This document shows, one piece after another, positions 41,754-51,895 of a stretch of DNA of 64,000 bases. Made by a program: the position numbers and the translations under genes. The notes under the pieces were generated by a model. That model was not told where the DNA came from, did not search any database, and was given only the letters and a program-made list of their open reading frames with translations. Source of the stretch: Bdellovibrionales bacterium (lineage in GTDB: Bacteria > Bdellovibrionota > Bdellovibrionia > Bdellovibrionales > JAUICD01); assembly GCA_965262715.1 (NCBI GenBank), contig OZ253553.1, forward strand, positions 1,408,001-1,472,000, given 5' to 3'. How positions within the stretch are numbered: the stretch's first letter is position 1; every line of letters starts with the position of its first letter.

Positions 41754-44297
41754 ATGTATGTGATTAAGAGAGATGGTAGAAAAGAATCTGTTAAATTTGA
41801 TAAAATCACATCTCGTATCAGAAAGCTTTGCTATAGTTTAGATAGAGAGTTTGTTGATCCTACAGAGGTAGCCAAAAAAGTTGTAATAGGTGTATATGAT
41901 GGTGTTACAACTATAGAACTAGACAATCTAGCAGCAGAAACAGCAGCTTATCTTACAACCAAGCACCCTGATTTTGCACTTCTTGCTGCAAGAATTGCTA
42001 TTTCCAACCTCCATAAGTGCACAGAAAAATCCTTTTCTAAGACCATGAGCATGCTCTATAATTACGTGTCTCCTAAAAACAATAAAAAAGCATCTTTACT
42101 TGCAGATGACGTATTCAAAATCATTATGGACAATAAGGATCTCCTAGATTCTGTTATTATCTACGATAGAGACTTTGACTATGACTACTTTGGATTTAAG
42201 ACTCTTGAAAGGTCTTATCTCTTAAAAATTGACGGAAAGATTGCAGAAAGACCTCAACACATGCTCATGCGTGTCGCACTTGGCATCCATAAAAAAAATA
42301 TTGAAGCCGCTATTGAAACTTATAACCTACTTTCTGAAAAGTGGTTCATCCATGCCTCTCCAACTCTCTTTAATGCAGGAACTCCTAAGCCACAAATGTC
42401 ATCTTGTTTTCTTTTATCCATGGCTGGAGATAGTATCGATGGCATTTATGAAACCTTAAAAAACTGCGCATTGATTTCTCAATCAGCAGGCGGCATAGGT
42501 TTAAGCATTCATAACATTCGTACAACAGGTAGTTATATACGCGGCACAAACGGCACTTCAAATGGTATTGTGCCTATGTTGCGAGTCTTTAACGACACGG
42601 CAAGATATGTTGACCAAGGTGGAGGCAAGCGTAAAGGGGCTTTCACAATTTATCTTGAGCCTTGGCATGCTGATATTTTTCATTTTCTCGATTTAAGAAA
42701 AAATCATGGTAAGGAAGAGCAGCGCGCGCGCGACCTCTTCTATGCTCTTTGGGTCCCTGATCTATTCATGAAACGAGTTAAGGAAAACGCAGATTGGTCA
42801 CTTTTTTGTCCTAATGAAGCACCTGGTCTTGATGATTGCTACGGCGAGGAGTTTGAAAAGCTCTATTTAAAGTACGAGCAAGAAAACCGCGCTAGAGAGA
42901 CCATCAAAGCGCAGCATTTGTGGTTTAAAATCCTAGAAGCTCAAATTGAAACAGGAACTCCTTATATTCTTTACAAAGACCATGCAAACAAAAAATCCAA
43001 TCAGAAAAATTTAGGCACTATCAAGTCCAGTAATCTTTGTACTGAAATTATAGAGTACACCTCTAAAGATGAAATTGCTGTTTGCAACCTTGCATCTATT
43101 GCTTTACCTAAATTTGTTAATAAAGGGACTTTTGATCATCAAAAGCTATTTGAAGTCACTCAGACTATTACTAAAAACTTAAATAAAGTTATCGACTTGA
43201 ATTATTATCCTGTTAAAGAAGCTAGAAACTCCAATATGAGACACCGTCCTATTGGTATTGGAGTACAGGGACTCGCTGATACCTTCATTAAACTGCACAT
43301 GCCATTTACTTCTAAAAATGCTCAAAAACTGAATAAAGAAATTTTTGAAACCATTTACTTTGCAGCTTTAAAAAGTTCTATAGAACTTGCAAAGAAAGAT
43401 GGCCCTTATGAATCTTTTAAAGGTTCTCCTACTAGCTTAGGTATTCTGCAGTATGATATGTGGGATGTCACTCCTTCTGACAGATGGGATTGGAACACAC
43501 TCAAGGCAGATATTAAAAAGTTTGGCCTTAGAAACAGCCTATTACTTGCTCCTATGCCAACAGCATCTACATCTCAAATTTTAGGTAACAATGAATGCAT
43601 TGAGCCTTACACTTCTAATATCTACAATCGCCGTGTCCTCTCTGGGGAATTCACTGTTGTCAATAAGCACTTAATGAATGATTTGATCCGCTTGAATTTA
43701 TGGAACTCCAAGATCAAAAGTAAAATTATTGAATCTGGAGGCTCCATTCAAAGTATCCCTGAAATTCCAGACCACATAAAAGCTCTTTACAAAACTATTT
43801 GGGAGATTTCACAAAAAGATCTTATTGATATGGCCGCTGATCGTGGTGCCTTTATTGACCAAAGTCAAAGCTTAAATCTCTTCTTAAAAACTCCTGATTT
43901 TGGTAAAATGACATCCATGCATTTTCACACATGGAAGATGGGATTAAAGACAGGTATGTATTACCTTAGAACACAGGCAGCAGCACAAGCCATTCAGTTT
44001 ACAGTTGATAAACAGCAGTCTTTAACAAAGCAAAAAACTAATGAAGATGAACTTGTACTTAAACCCAATTATGAGTTTAATGATGAAATCAATCTTAAAG
44101 ATCAACCTCCTAAACCTAAAATAGAAGTCCCCATCTCTGACACAGGGAATATCAATTTTGATAAGGATATACCACATGACACATCTCCAACAGATCAGAC
44201 AACTGATAAGTTGTCTTCAATTGATTATGTGCCAGAGATGGTGTGTTCTGTGCAACCAGGCGCAAGCGCAGAAAACTGTATCTCCTGTGGCAGTTAA
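41754..44297 (+). CDS. nrdA: Ribonucleotide reductase class Ia alpha subunit with ATP-cone
   Basis: [11 protein letters not shown]-cone, [35 protein letters not shown] and C-terminal CISCGS. Confidence 0.98.
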   Translation: MYVIKRDGRKESVKFDKITSRIRKLCYSLDREFVDPTEVAKKVVIGVYDGVTTIELDNLAAETAAYLTTKHPDFALLAARIAISNLHKCTEKSFSKTMSMLYNYVSPKNNKKASLLADDVFKIIMDNKDLLDSVIIYDRDFDYDYFGFKTLERSYLLKIDGKIAERPQHMLMRVALGIHKKNIEAAIETYNLLSEKWFIHASPTLFNAGTPKPQMSSCFLLSMAGDSIDGIYETLKNCALISQSAGGIGLSIHNIRTTGSYIRGTNGTSNGIVPMLRVFNDTARYVDQGGGKRKGAFTIYLEPWHADIFHFLDLRKNHGKEEQRARDLFYALWVPDLFMKRVKENADWSLFCPNEAPGLDDCYGEEFEKLYLKYEQENRARETIKAQHLWFKILEAQIETGTPYILYKDHANKKSNQKNLGTIKSSNLCTEIIEYTSKDEIAVCNLASIALPKFVNKGTFDHQKLFEVTQTITKNLNKVIDLNYYPVKEARNSNMRHRPIGIGVQGLADTFIKLHMPFTSKNAQKLNKEIFETIYFAALKSSIELAKKDGPYESFKGSPTSLGILQYDMWDVTPSDRWDWNTLKADIKKFGLRNSLLLAPMPTASTSQILGNNECIEPYTSNIYNRRVLSGEFTVVNKHLMNDLIRLNLWNSKIKSKIIESGGSIQSIPEIPDHIKALYKTIWEISQKDLIDMAADRGAFIDQSQSLNLFLKTPDFGKMTSMHFHTWKMGLKTGMYYLRTQAAAQAIQFTVDKQQSLTKQKTNEDELVLKPNYEFNDEINLKDQPPKPKIEVPISDTGNINFDKDIPHDTSPTDQTTDKLSSIDYVPEMVCSVQPGASAENCISCGS

Positions 44298-44572
44298 ATA
44301 CATTACATTGGCAAGTTATGCAGGTCATGGCAGGGTATCCAAAGACCTTTATAGGCATATATAAATTTTTAAAAGCTTATTAATAATAAAGACAGATTTG
44401 TAGAATCATTGTTTTTATATTTTTTTGAAGTTGGTGTAAAAACCATTAACTTACCAATGCAGTACTAGTCATAGCAAAACTTTGTAGCTTTTCAAATCAT
44501 AGTTCCACAAAAAAGCTGACCTTCAAACTAAGTGATTTTTCTAAAATGTAACTTTTACATCTTAAAATTATC

Positions 44573-44630
44573 CGTAACTTCAAATCGCAAGTGCAACTTT
44601 TTTGTGTTTATAGATATTTTTAAAAGTTGT
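44573..44630. mobile_element. Isolated IS30-type terminal sequence
   Basis: cgtaacttcaaatcgcaagtgcaact...tttttaaaagttgt is nearly identical to 55037-55094. Confidence 0.75.
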
Positions 44631-44881
44631 GTGTAAATATTCTTTATGATTTTATGATTTCTTAAAGCCCTTAAAATAGAGCTTTTTGACCATGAAGATT
44701 GAGTTAGCTTCTCAATATCACGAGTGGAAAGCTTGAGATCAACATAAAGTTTCCGTAATATTTTAGAGTCTTTTTTTGGAGTGTTAAGAAAATGTGTAAT
44801 AAATATCGATACATAACTAGAACTATCGGCGGAAATGCCTATAAACATGGCTACTGCAATATAAATTTTAGTTTTCGACAA
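44630..44881 (-). pseudogene. Possible HTH-protein remnant
   Basis: ILRKLYVDLKLSTRDIEKL...WSKSSILRALRNHKI looks like a helix-turn-helix; lies between the truncated repeat gene and an IS end. Confidence 0.35.
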
Positions 44882-45039
44882 TTTGTAGCAGTACTGCCTC
44901 CAAGTAAACCTTCACAATGCCATCTATAGCGAATCTCTGTATCTGTTATAGCTGAGTCATTTGCAGTTCCAGCAGAGCAGCTATTTCGTTGACTGTTATT
45001 ACAAACACCGTTGACAGGTTTTATTTTCGTTTGAGACAT
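44851..45039 (-). pseudogene. Out-of-frame 13th Cys-rich repeat of the upstream gene
   Basis: KPVNGVCNNSQRNSCSAGTAND...WHCEGLLGGSTATNC is the same repeat unit in a shifted frame. Confidence 0.8.
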
Positions 45040-48000
45040 GTTACTGTCATACCGCCATTTAAACCTTTACAATACCATTTATAAGTTGTGTCTGAATCTG
45101 GCAAATCATTTGCAGTACCGGCAAAACAACCATTCCTTTGCCCCAGATTACAAGAACCATTGATAGGTGTTTTCTGTATCTGACAATTTGTAGCAGTAGC
45201 GCCGCCATTTGCACCCATACAGAGCCATGTATAATGTGTATCTGTATCATTTATTGCGCCATCGTCTGGAGTCCCAGAGCTGCAGCCATTTCGTTGGCTG
45301 TTATCACAAACTCCTTCGATGATACTTTTTAATCTAGTACAACTTTGATTTCCACCTCCATGCAAACCTTCACAAGTCCATAGATAAAGGGTGGAATGTG
45401 TATTATCTGGCAATGCCTTTGCAGTCCCAGCAGAGCAACCATTTCTTTGGCTTTGATCACAAACGGCATCGATAGGTATCAGCTTTTGACAATCTATAGC
45501 AGTAGTGCCGCCATTTGCACCTATGCAGTACCATGTATAATGTGTATTTGTATCTGCAATAACGCCGTCGTTTGGAGTGCCGGAAGAGCAGCTATTTTGT
45601 TTACTGTTATCACAAACGCCATGGATAGGCATTAGTTTTTGACAACTTTGTGCTGTAGTGCCGCCATTTGAACCTTCACAGTGCCATGTATAATGTGTAT
45701 TTGTATCGACTATTACGGCGTCGTTTGCTCTGCCAGCAGAGCAGCCATTTCGCTGACTGTTATTACAAACACCGTTTACTGATGCAGGTTTCGCCTTTTG
45801 ACAATTTGTAGCAGTACTGCCTCCATTTTTACCCACACAGTGCCATGTATAATGAGTATTTGTATCGGTTATAGCTGAGTCATTTGCTGTGCCGGAAGAA
45901 CAACCATTTTGTTGACTGTTATTACAAATACCGTTAACAGGTTTTGCCTTTTGACAGTTTGTAGCAGTAGTGCCGCCATTTGCACCTACACAATGCCATG
46001 TATAATGTGTATTTGTATCAGCTATTGCGCCATCGTTTGCAGTGCCCGAAGAACAGCCATTTCTTTGAGCATTATTACAAGCACCGTTAACAGGTTTCTC
46101 TTTTTGACAATTTGTAGCAGTAGTGCCTCCATTTGCACCTACGCAGTGCCATGTATAATGTGTATTTGTATCGGCTATTGCGCCATCGTTTGCAGTGCCC
46201 GAAGAACAGCTATTTCTTTGATTATTATTACAAACACCGTTTACTGGTGCAGATTTTGCTTTTTGACAATTTGTAGCAGTGCTGCCTCCATTTGAACCTT
46301 CACAGTGCCATGTATAATGAGTGTTTGTATCGGCTATAGCTGCATCATTTGCTGTGCCCGAAGAACAACCATTTTGTTGACTGTTATTACAAACGCCGTT
46401 TACTGGTGCAGATTTTGCTTTTTGACAATTTGTAGCAGTGCTGCCTCCATTTGAACCTTCACAGTGCCATGTATAATGTGTATTTGTATCGGCTATAGCT
46501 GCATCATTTGCTGTGCCCGAAGAACAACCATTTTGTTGACTGTTATTACAGACGCCATTGATAGGAGGGATAGCTTTTGTACAACTTGCTGTTGCACCAC
46601 CATTTGAGCCAACACAATGCCATGTATAATGAGTACTTGTATCAGCTATTGCGCCGTCGTCTGGAGTCCCAGCAGTACAACCATTTCTGATGGTGTCATC
46701 GCCGCAAACACCATTTATTGGTGCTGCTGTATCAATGGCCATACTGCAGCAACCTGTAGCATCAGTGCCATCGTTGGTACCTAAACACTGCCACTGATAA
46801 TGAGTTTCTGAATCATCTATGTCATTTAAAGTACCTTGAATACAACCATTTTTGACGGAGTTATTACATTCTCCATTTACGATTGAAGATGGATTGCGTG
46901 TAACAGCTTGGCCTAATATAGAATTGTCACAGGTCTGATAACTTAATGGGCCAGGTAAAGGTCCGGAAAAATAACAATAGCTGCCTTCTGATGGACAGTA
47001 ATGATAATAAAACTGTTCAATTATATCATCTGCATCATCTACCGAAGTTTGACTATCTATAGTGGTAGAAGAAGAGGTTGAAGCTTGTATTGCTATAGTA
47101 CTTTTTACACAGACTTCAGTTGAAGTGATGTCTATTACACCATCACTGCAATTTAGTACATCCTCACTGCCACTATCAATTTGAAGTTCACATTGATTAG
47201 CATTTTGAATATTTGTATGTAATGTCCAAGTTCCACCTTCAGGTCTTAAATACTTATAAATGTTATTACTTTCTAACATCACAGCAATTTCTTCATCATT
47301 ATGTTTAATAATTATTGGATTAAAATGAGGTTTAGAATTAGAGCTCACTTGCAAAACTTGTTTTCGATAGGTGAGGCAATCAGAATTGTCAGGATCTTCT
47401 GCAGACACCTCAATAGTAACAGAACCAGCAGATTCATTGGTAAAGTCTAATTCAATACTTTCACTATCATCTTCGTTTGTCTCCTCAGTTGAAGAAGGTA
47501 ATGTGACCTTCCATAAGATGTTCGAAAAATCTATAGCATTCTTTAATTCAAAAGTGGCAGTCTGTCCAACAGTCAAAGAACCGCTTTCAAGAAATATCTC
47601 TAAGACATCTGTTAATGAGCATTCCTCACCAATCACAAGTCTTTTACTGGCCACGGTTAACAAATCAGAGCTTTTATAAGATGTAGCAAAAATATCGTAA
47701 CTTCCATATTGTTCGAATTTATGTTGGTATTCTGGTTCAGTTGTTGTCTCTTCTCCATCAGTAATAGTTTCAAAGGCTCTAGTGATTTTCCATTTAAAAT
47801 CTTCAGAATCAGAATGACTATTCATAACCTTTAGTTTCACATCACTATCAATTAGGAAATAATCTTCTATCGAGATGCTTTCATCTTCTGATGGTAAATA
47901 AGCAATAATATAACCTTTATCATTAGATACCGTTTGTTCAGAAAACAGGTTAGGAGCTTGACTTACATTTGAACCGCAGTTTTGAAAAGCTAATAACAAG

Positions 48001-48110
48001 AAAAGTGAAGCCAATAGAAGTAGATAAAAGGCATTATTAAAACTTAACAAAAAATGCTTTTTTATGTTTCGTTTTTTTATAACCCTAAAGAATTTCATTA
48101 TTTTTTTCAT
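45021..48110 (-). CDS. Large surface lipoprotein with 12 tandem ~50-aa four-Cys repeats
   Basis: LLAFQNCG lipobox; beta-rich (PKD/Ig-like) N-terminal half; repeats of PVNGVCNNSQRNGCSSGTANDGAIADTNTHYTWHCVGANGGTTATNCQK. Confidence 0.9.
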   Translation of the reverse strand: MKKIMKFFRVIKKRNIKKHFLLSFNNAFYLLLLASLFLLLAFQNCGSNVSQAPNLFSEQTVSNDKGYIIAYLPSEDESISIEDYFLIDSDVKLKVMNSHSDSEDFKWKITRAFETITDGEETTTEPEYQHKFEQYGSYDIFATSYKSSDLLTVASKRLVIGEECSLTDVLEIFLESGSLTVGQTATFELKNAIDFSNILWKVTLPSSTEETNEDDSESIELDFTNESAGSVTIEVSAEDPDNSDCLTYRKQVLQVSSNSKPHFNPIIIKHNDEEIAVMLESNNIYKYLRPEGGTWTLHTNIQNANQCELQIDSGSEDVLNCSDGVIDITSTEVCVKSTIAIQASTSSSTTIDSQTSVDDADDIIEQFYYHYCPSEGSYCYFSGPLPGPLSYQTCDNSILGQAVTRNPSSIVNGECNNSVKNGCIQGTLNDIDDSETHYQWQCLGTNDGTDATGCCSMAIDTAAPINGVCGDDTIRNGCTAGTPDDGAIADTSTHYTWHCVGSNGGATASCTKAIPPINGVCNNSQQNGCSSGTANDAAIADTNTHYTWHCEGSNGGSTATNCQKAKSAPVNGVCNNSQQNGCSSGTANDAAIADTNTHYTWHCEGSNGGSTATNCQKAKSAPVNGVCNNNQRNSCSSGTANDGAIADTNTHYTWHCVGANGGTTATNCQKEKPVNGACNNAQRNGCSSGTANDGAIADTNTHYTWHCVGANGGTTATNCQKAKPVNGICNNSQQNGCSSGTANDSAITDTNTHYTWHCVGKNGGSTATNCQKAKPASVNGVCNNSQRNGCSAGRANDAVIVDTNTHYTWHCEGSNGGTTAQSCQKLMPIHGVCDNSKQNSCSSGTPNDGVIADTNTHYTWYCIGANGGTTAIDCQKLIPIDAVCDQSQRNGCSAGTAKALPDNTHSTLYLWTCEGLHGGGNQSCTRLKSIIEGVCDNSQRNGCSSGTPDDGAINDTDTHYTWLCMGANGGATATNCQIQKTPINGSCNLGQRNGCFAGTANDLPDSDTTYKWYCKGLNGGMTVTCLKRK

Positions 48111-48264
48111 TGCTCTATACTTTCATCATCGTTGTATTACGAACCTTCTTTTATGTGCTATGTACTGCTAGTTGTCCAAAAATTTGAAAGGTAAAATAAG
48201 TAAAAATATCAAAAATGTAAATCTTTAAAACCAAGCTAAAAGACTTGGTTTTTAGCCTACCTGG

Positions 48265-48427
48265 ACTGTAACTTACGTACAAAAGTTACAGTATTAAGTT
48301 ATTGAAATAACTACCGATACAGGTATTGAAGGGCTTTAATTGCTAATAGTCTTTGGTGTAGAAAACGACCAAAAACATCAATGATTTTAAGGGGACAGGA
48401 CTGTAACTTTTGTACGTAAGTTACACT
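48265..48427. other. Pair of inverted 28-bp dyad-symmetric sites (recombination-site-like) with adjacent IHF-like boxes
   Basis: actgtaactt-acgtacaa-aagttacagt (48265-48292) and actgtaactt-ttgtacgt-aagttacact (48400-48427). Confidence 0.65.
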
Positions 48428-48593
48428 ATCAAGTTATTGATTTCATTGAGTTATTCGAAGTTTCTATCTTTTTTCGATATGGCATTAAGGTCATGAAAAA
48501 GTCCAGGACTGTTGTAAATTGATACAATATGTGCTTCTATATGCCTTTCTTAAAAATAACTTCTTATATTTCCATTTTAGTGAGTTTTAAAGA

Positions 48594-48779
48594 TTTCCTT
48601 AACATTTTGTTAAAAAAGAAAAATTATCTTTCTTACTAAAATGTATCTCTTTCTAGGCAATCAGCGTGACGATTAACACTACAGGATGTATCCTCGTCAA
48701 CAAAATGCTGATTGCCTCAAAAATCTGTTTATTTTGAGTAGGGAGGATCTCTTCGTTTCTTTACATCATGTTAAGGAAA
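48594..48779. repeat. Family A element with two right ends (copy 5, head-to-head chimera)
   Basis: Starts tttccttaacat and ends atgttaaggaaa; central ggcaatcagc/gctgattgcc stem. Confidence 0.82.
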
Positions 48780-48881
48780 TTTTCCTTCATCCTGCTTTTA
48801 CTCAAAATGAATAGAAGACAAGCCTTTTTGAAGATTGTCCATGAAATAAATCTAGGCACTGATCCGATGGCAAGAATAAAA

Positions 48882-49027
48882 TTTCCCTAACATTGTGTTA
48901 AGAAGCAAGAATATTCTCCCTACTAAAATGCATCAGCCTTTCTAGGTAGTCAGCTATTTGCTGACGATGTGAACCGCCTGAGCTGACTACCAGAAAGTCG
49001 CCAGAGGCGACATGCATTTTAGTGAAA
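48882..49027 (-). repeat. Family A element (copy 6)
   Basis: tttccctaacat...ctaaaatgcat...ggtagtcagct/agctgactacc...atgcattttagtgaaa. Confidence 0.85.
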
Positions 49028-49155
49028 AAAAATAAACACTGATATACATTGTAGTTAGATAAAGTTATGAATCACTAGAAATTCTTATCAAATTTTTATT
49101 TTTGAGACCGGCTCTAGAGATACTTCAATAAAAGAGATTGAGTTTCAAGTTTCCT

Positions 49156-49225
49156 TCCGGAAATCTGGCAGCCTACGCAAACCGGATGCCATTTCCATGA
49201 ACAGATTGCCGGACTCCCGGATTTC
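49156..49225. repeat. Family C element
   Basis: tccggaaatctggcag...ttgccggactcccgga. Confidence 0.7.
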
Positions 49226-49368
49226 ATAGAAAGCTATTAATGGCATAACGTAGACAAAGTCCCTTAAATTTATAAAAACAGCGTAAGGTAGGTTATAAAC
49301 TTACTTTTATGATTGACAAAAACAATTTTCTATTTTATAAGTCTTCAAATCAAATAAGGCTTTTTATC

Positions 49369-49913
49369 ATGACAAGGCATAAATATTTTCTTTTATTTTT
49401 TCTGTTAATCTTTATTTCTTCTGAGATATTATATGCTAGAGAAGCAATATCTTTAAAACAAATCTTAGAAATGCCAACAGAGGACAGATTAGAACTACTA
49501 AAAATATCTGTAAATTCTTTGATATCTGCTGATAAACTCAGAGATTGTCCAAGAGCTCTAATTGTTGATTATGAAACTGCAGAAGCTAAAGTAGATATAG
49601 ATAAAAACCTAACAGCATTTATGATTACATTATATTATGATGATCTTGAAGTATTCAATTTTCTGTTAGAAACAATAAAAAAAGGAGATATAAATATTCA
49701 ATTTAAAAAGAACACAATACTACACTATGCCGCTGAGATGAATAATGTAGAAATGGTAAGAGCTTTAATTGAAGCAGGAGCAGATGTGAATGCTTTAGAT
49801 AGATATAAAAGAACACCATTGTTTATAACCACACAAAGAGGTTTGTAGAAGCAGCAATAGCATTAATTATGGCAGGAGCAAACCTCAGATGCATTAGACC
49901 TCTTTGCTATTAA
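49369..49913 (+). pseudogene. Secreted ankyrin-repeat protein, frameshifted near 49843
   Basis: TILHYAA...EMVRALIEAGADVNALDRYKRTPLF; the next repeat VEAAIALIMAGAN continues in another frame after the TAG. Confidence 0.78.
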
Positions 49914-50039
49914 ACATAGAAGTGCAAAAAAGATGATATAAAAACTTTTCAATTTACTCTCTAAATTGTGTTTCAACTGGATAAATAACTACTAGAAGCC
50001 ATTTCAAAAGCCTTAAATTGTTATAAGTAACTGTGCTTT

Positions 50040-50099
50040 TCAGGCAATCAGGCAACAAGTCCCTGAAACAATTGCCAGACTGCCGGATTGCCAGATTCC
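50040..50099. repeat. Family C element between convergent genes
   Basis: caggcaat-caggcaac-aagtccctgaaacaa-ttgccaga-ctgccgga-ttgccaga. Confidence 0.72.
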
Positions 50100-50177
50100 T
50101 TAAGCAACGAAGATTTACCATTTTAATTCTTAATATGTGTTGCATAATAAAAAAACTTATTTTTGAGAGCAGTTCTA

Positions 50178-50618
50178 CTAAGAGGAAACTTGTAATGTAT
50201 CTCTTTGGATACTATCTAACACTCCATTGATAAAACAACCTGAATCTAAAGTAGAATATTTTTTAGCTACCTCAATTGTCTCGTTAATCACAATAGAAGG
50301 ATCTGTATGTAGATATTTAATTTCATAAGTCCCTATCCTTAATATAATTTTATCAACACTGACCATGCGGTCTAAACTCCAACTTGTAGTGTGTATAGAA
50401 ATAAGCTTATCAATTTGCGCTTCGTGAGATCTAATTCCATTAACAAGAATCTTAGCATATTCTATAACATCAGGAGGAAGATCCCCCCGATTAATAAAAA
50501 TAGAAGGAGAAAGATCAAAAGCAGAACCTATATTTGCCTGCCCTTGACCTGGGACCTGAAACTCATAAGGAAAAAGTATTTGCAAGGCAAGTTCTCTTGC
50601 CTGCCTTCTAGCACTCAT
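50178..50618 (-). CDS. nusB: Transcription antitermination factor NusB
   Basis: RRQARELALQ, WSLDRM..VD..ILR and INE.IE.AK.YS....FINGVLD. Confidence 0.96.
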   Translation of the reverse strand: MSARRQARELALQILFPYEFQVPGQGQANIGSAFDLSPSIFINRGDLPPDVIEYAKILVNGIRSHEAQIDKLISIHTTSWSLDRMVSVDKIILRIGTYEIKYLHTDPSIVINETIEVAKKYSTLDSGCFINGVLDSIQRDTLQVSS

Positions 50619-50730
50619 AAGACACCTGCTTTTTGACCAAAAGACTAGACTTATTTGATATTTCCATAAATTGCCCTGCTTTATTATCGTATTTATGACA
50701 TATATCAGTTACTATAAATAGGCAAGGTTT

Positions 50731-51363
50731 ATGATGATACCTATAAGATTTTTTCTAGCACTTTTCTTTATTTTACTTTGGGAAATTGACCACCTCAAGG
50801 CAAATACAACTGATAAAATAAGTATTTTACCTCATTTAAGCTCCCAACAAAAACCCTCTGTAGGTAAAAAAGCCGCAGATGCCTATATACGTTCCACTCA
50901 AAATACACCTCATCGATATAAAAAAAAATCATACTCTATAGGTATTTACTTTAGCCATTTTACATCATCAACAGCCTATCAATCCCCCTTCTCACCTCAA
51001 CAACAAGGATTCTCATCTGGCCTGACCTACTTACAAAAAATTTCATCAGAACATGTACTTTTTCGTGGGGACCTATCACTAGAAAAGTCTAAGAATAACA
51101 CATGGCATACATCACTAACCCCATCTTTTCTATTAAGCTATATGCCTATCTATGTAGGAGTTGGAATACCCAGTTTGAACCTCACCTTTCCAAACAATAC
51201 TTTTTATATGGATTGGCAGCTCTTAACAGGTATACGTCTTTTTGAAGTTTTAAATTTTCTTAATTTTTTTATAGAAGCTAAATGGAAAAATCCATTCAAT
51301 ATCTTTGACACTTCTCAAAGAAAAACTATGCACCTTCTAGCAGGAATTTTATTATTATTTTGA
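50731..51363 (+). CDS. Hypothetical exported protein, possibly an outer-membrane beta-barrel
   Basis: Signal-like N-terminus, amphipathic beta pattern and C-terminal Phe. Confidence 0.55.
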   Translation: MMIPIRFFLALFFILLWEIDHLKANTTDKISILPHLSSQQKPSVGKKAADAYIRSTQNTPHRYKKKSYSIGIYFSHFTSSTAYQSPFSPQQQGFSSGLTYLQKISSEHVLFRGDLSLEKSKNNTWHTSLTPSFLLSYMPIYVGVGIPSLNLTFPNNTFYMDWQLLTGIRLFEVLNFLNFFIEAKWKNPFNIFDTSQRKTMHLLAGILLLF

Positions 51364-51396
51364 TAACCCACCTTACACGAATTTTAAAACTTTGGG

Positions 51397-51613
51397 AGGC
51401 CTTGTCGCATAAAGATTTACGATGAGATTTGTGGCAAGCTTGAAATAAGCGTGAGGCCAGTGCCTTAAAAGACAAAGCTTTTATGAAATTCTTATCCTAT
51501 AAGAAAGTCATAGATTAAAAGAGATACAAGGCTCTTCGGGTTGCCTGCTGCTTATGGAAGAAATCTGTCATAGCTATTATTATATCTTTAAATTGAAAGG
51601 CCTCTGCAACAAG
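51397..51613 (+). repeat. Family B structured MITE-like element
   Basis: Termini ccttgtcgca...tgcaacaag; internal homology to the 25842 and 62371 copies. Confidence 0.8.
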
Positions 51614-51895
51614 AATTCAAAAAAGTTATAAAAACAACAATTCCACAAATAAGTTTTTTTATGGTTCATGACATCAAGTAACTTACCAGTGGCCAATGTA
51701 CTACCAATAAACAAGTTAAAAGCCTTTTTAAGGCTACCTTACAATGATTTATATAAACCTTTTTAAAATTCTAAAAGGTTTTTAAGTAAAAACTTGATTT
51801 ATTATTTTAGCCGTGTATAGTAATAAAAATCAAAGATTACTGGATCGTTATTCCTCTATTTATCATAATAATCATAACAGTATAAAGGAGATACA

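Noticed and set aside
44851..46890. Possible diversity-generating retroelement template/variable repeats
   Set aside because: The repeats are tandem coding units, differences are not confined to adenines, and the only RT trace in the window is a group II intron fragment.
49954..50230. Two short ORFs on opposite strands
   Set aside because: They span a Family C repeat and the end of nusB; likely spurious.
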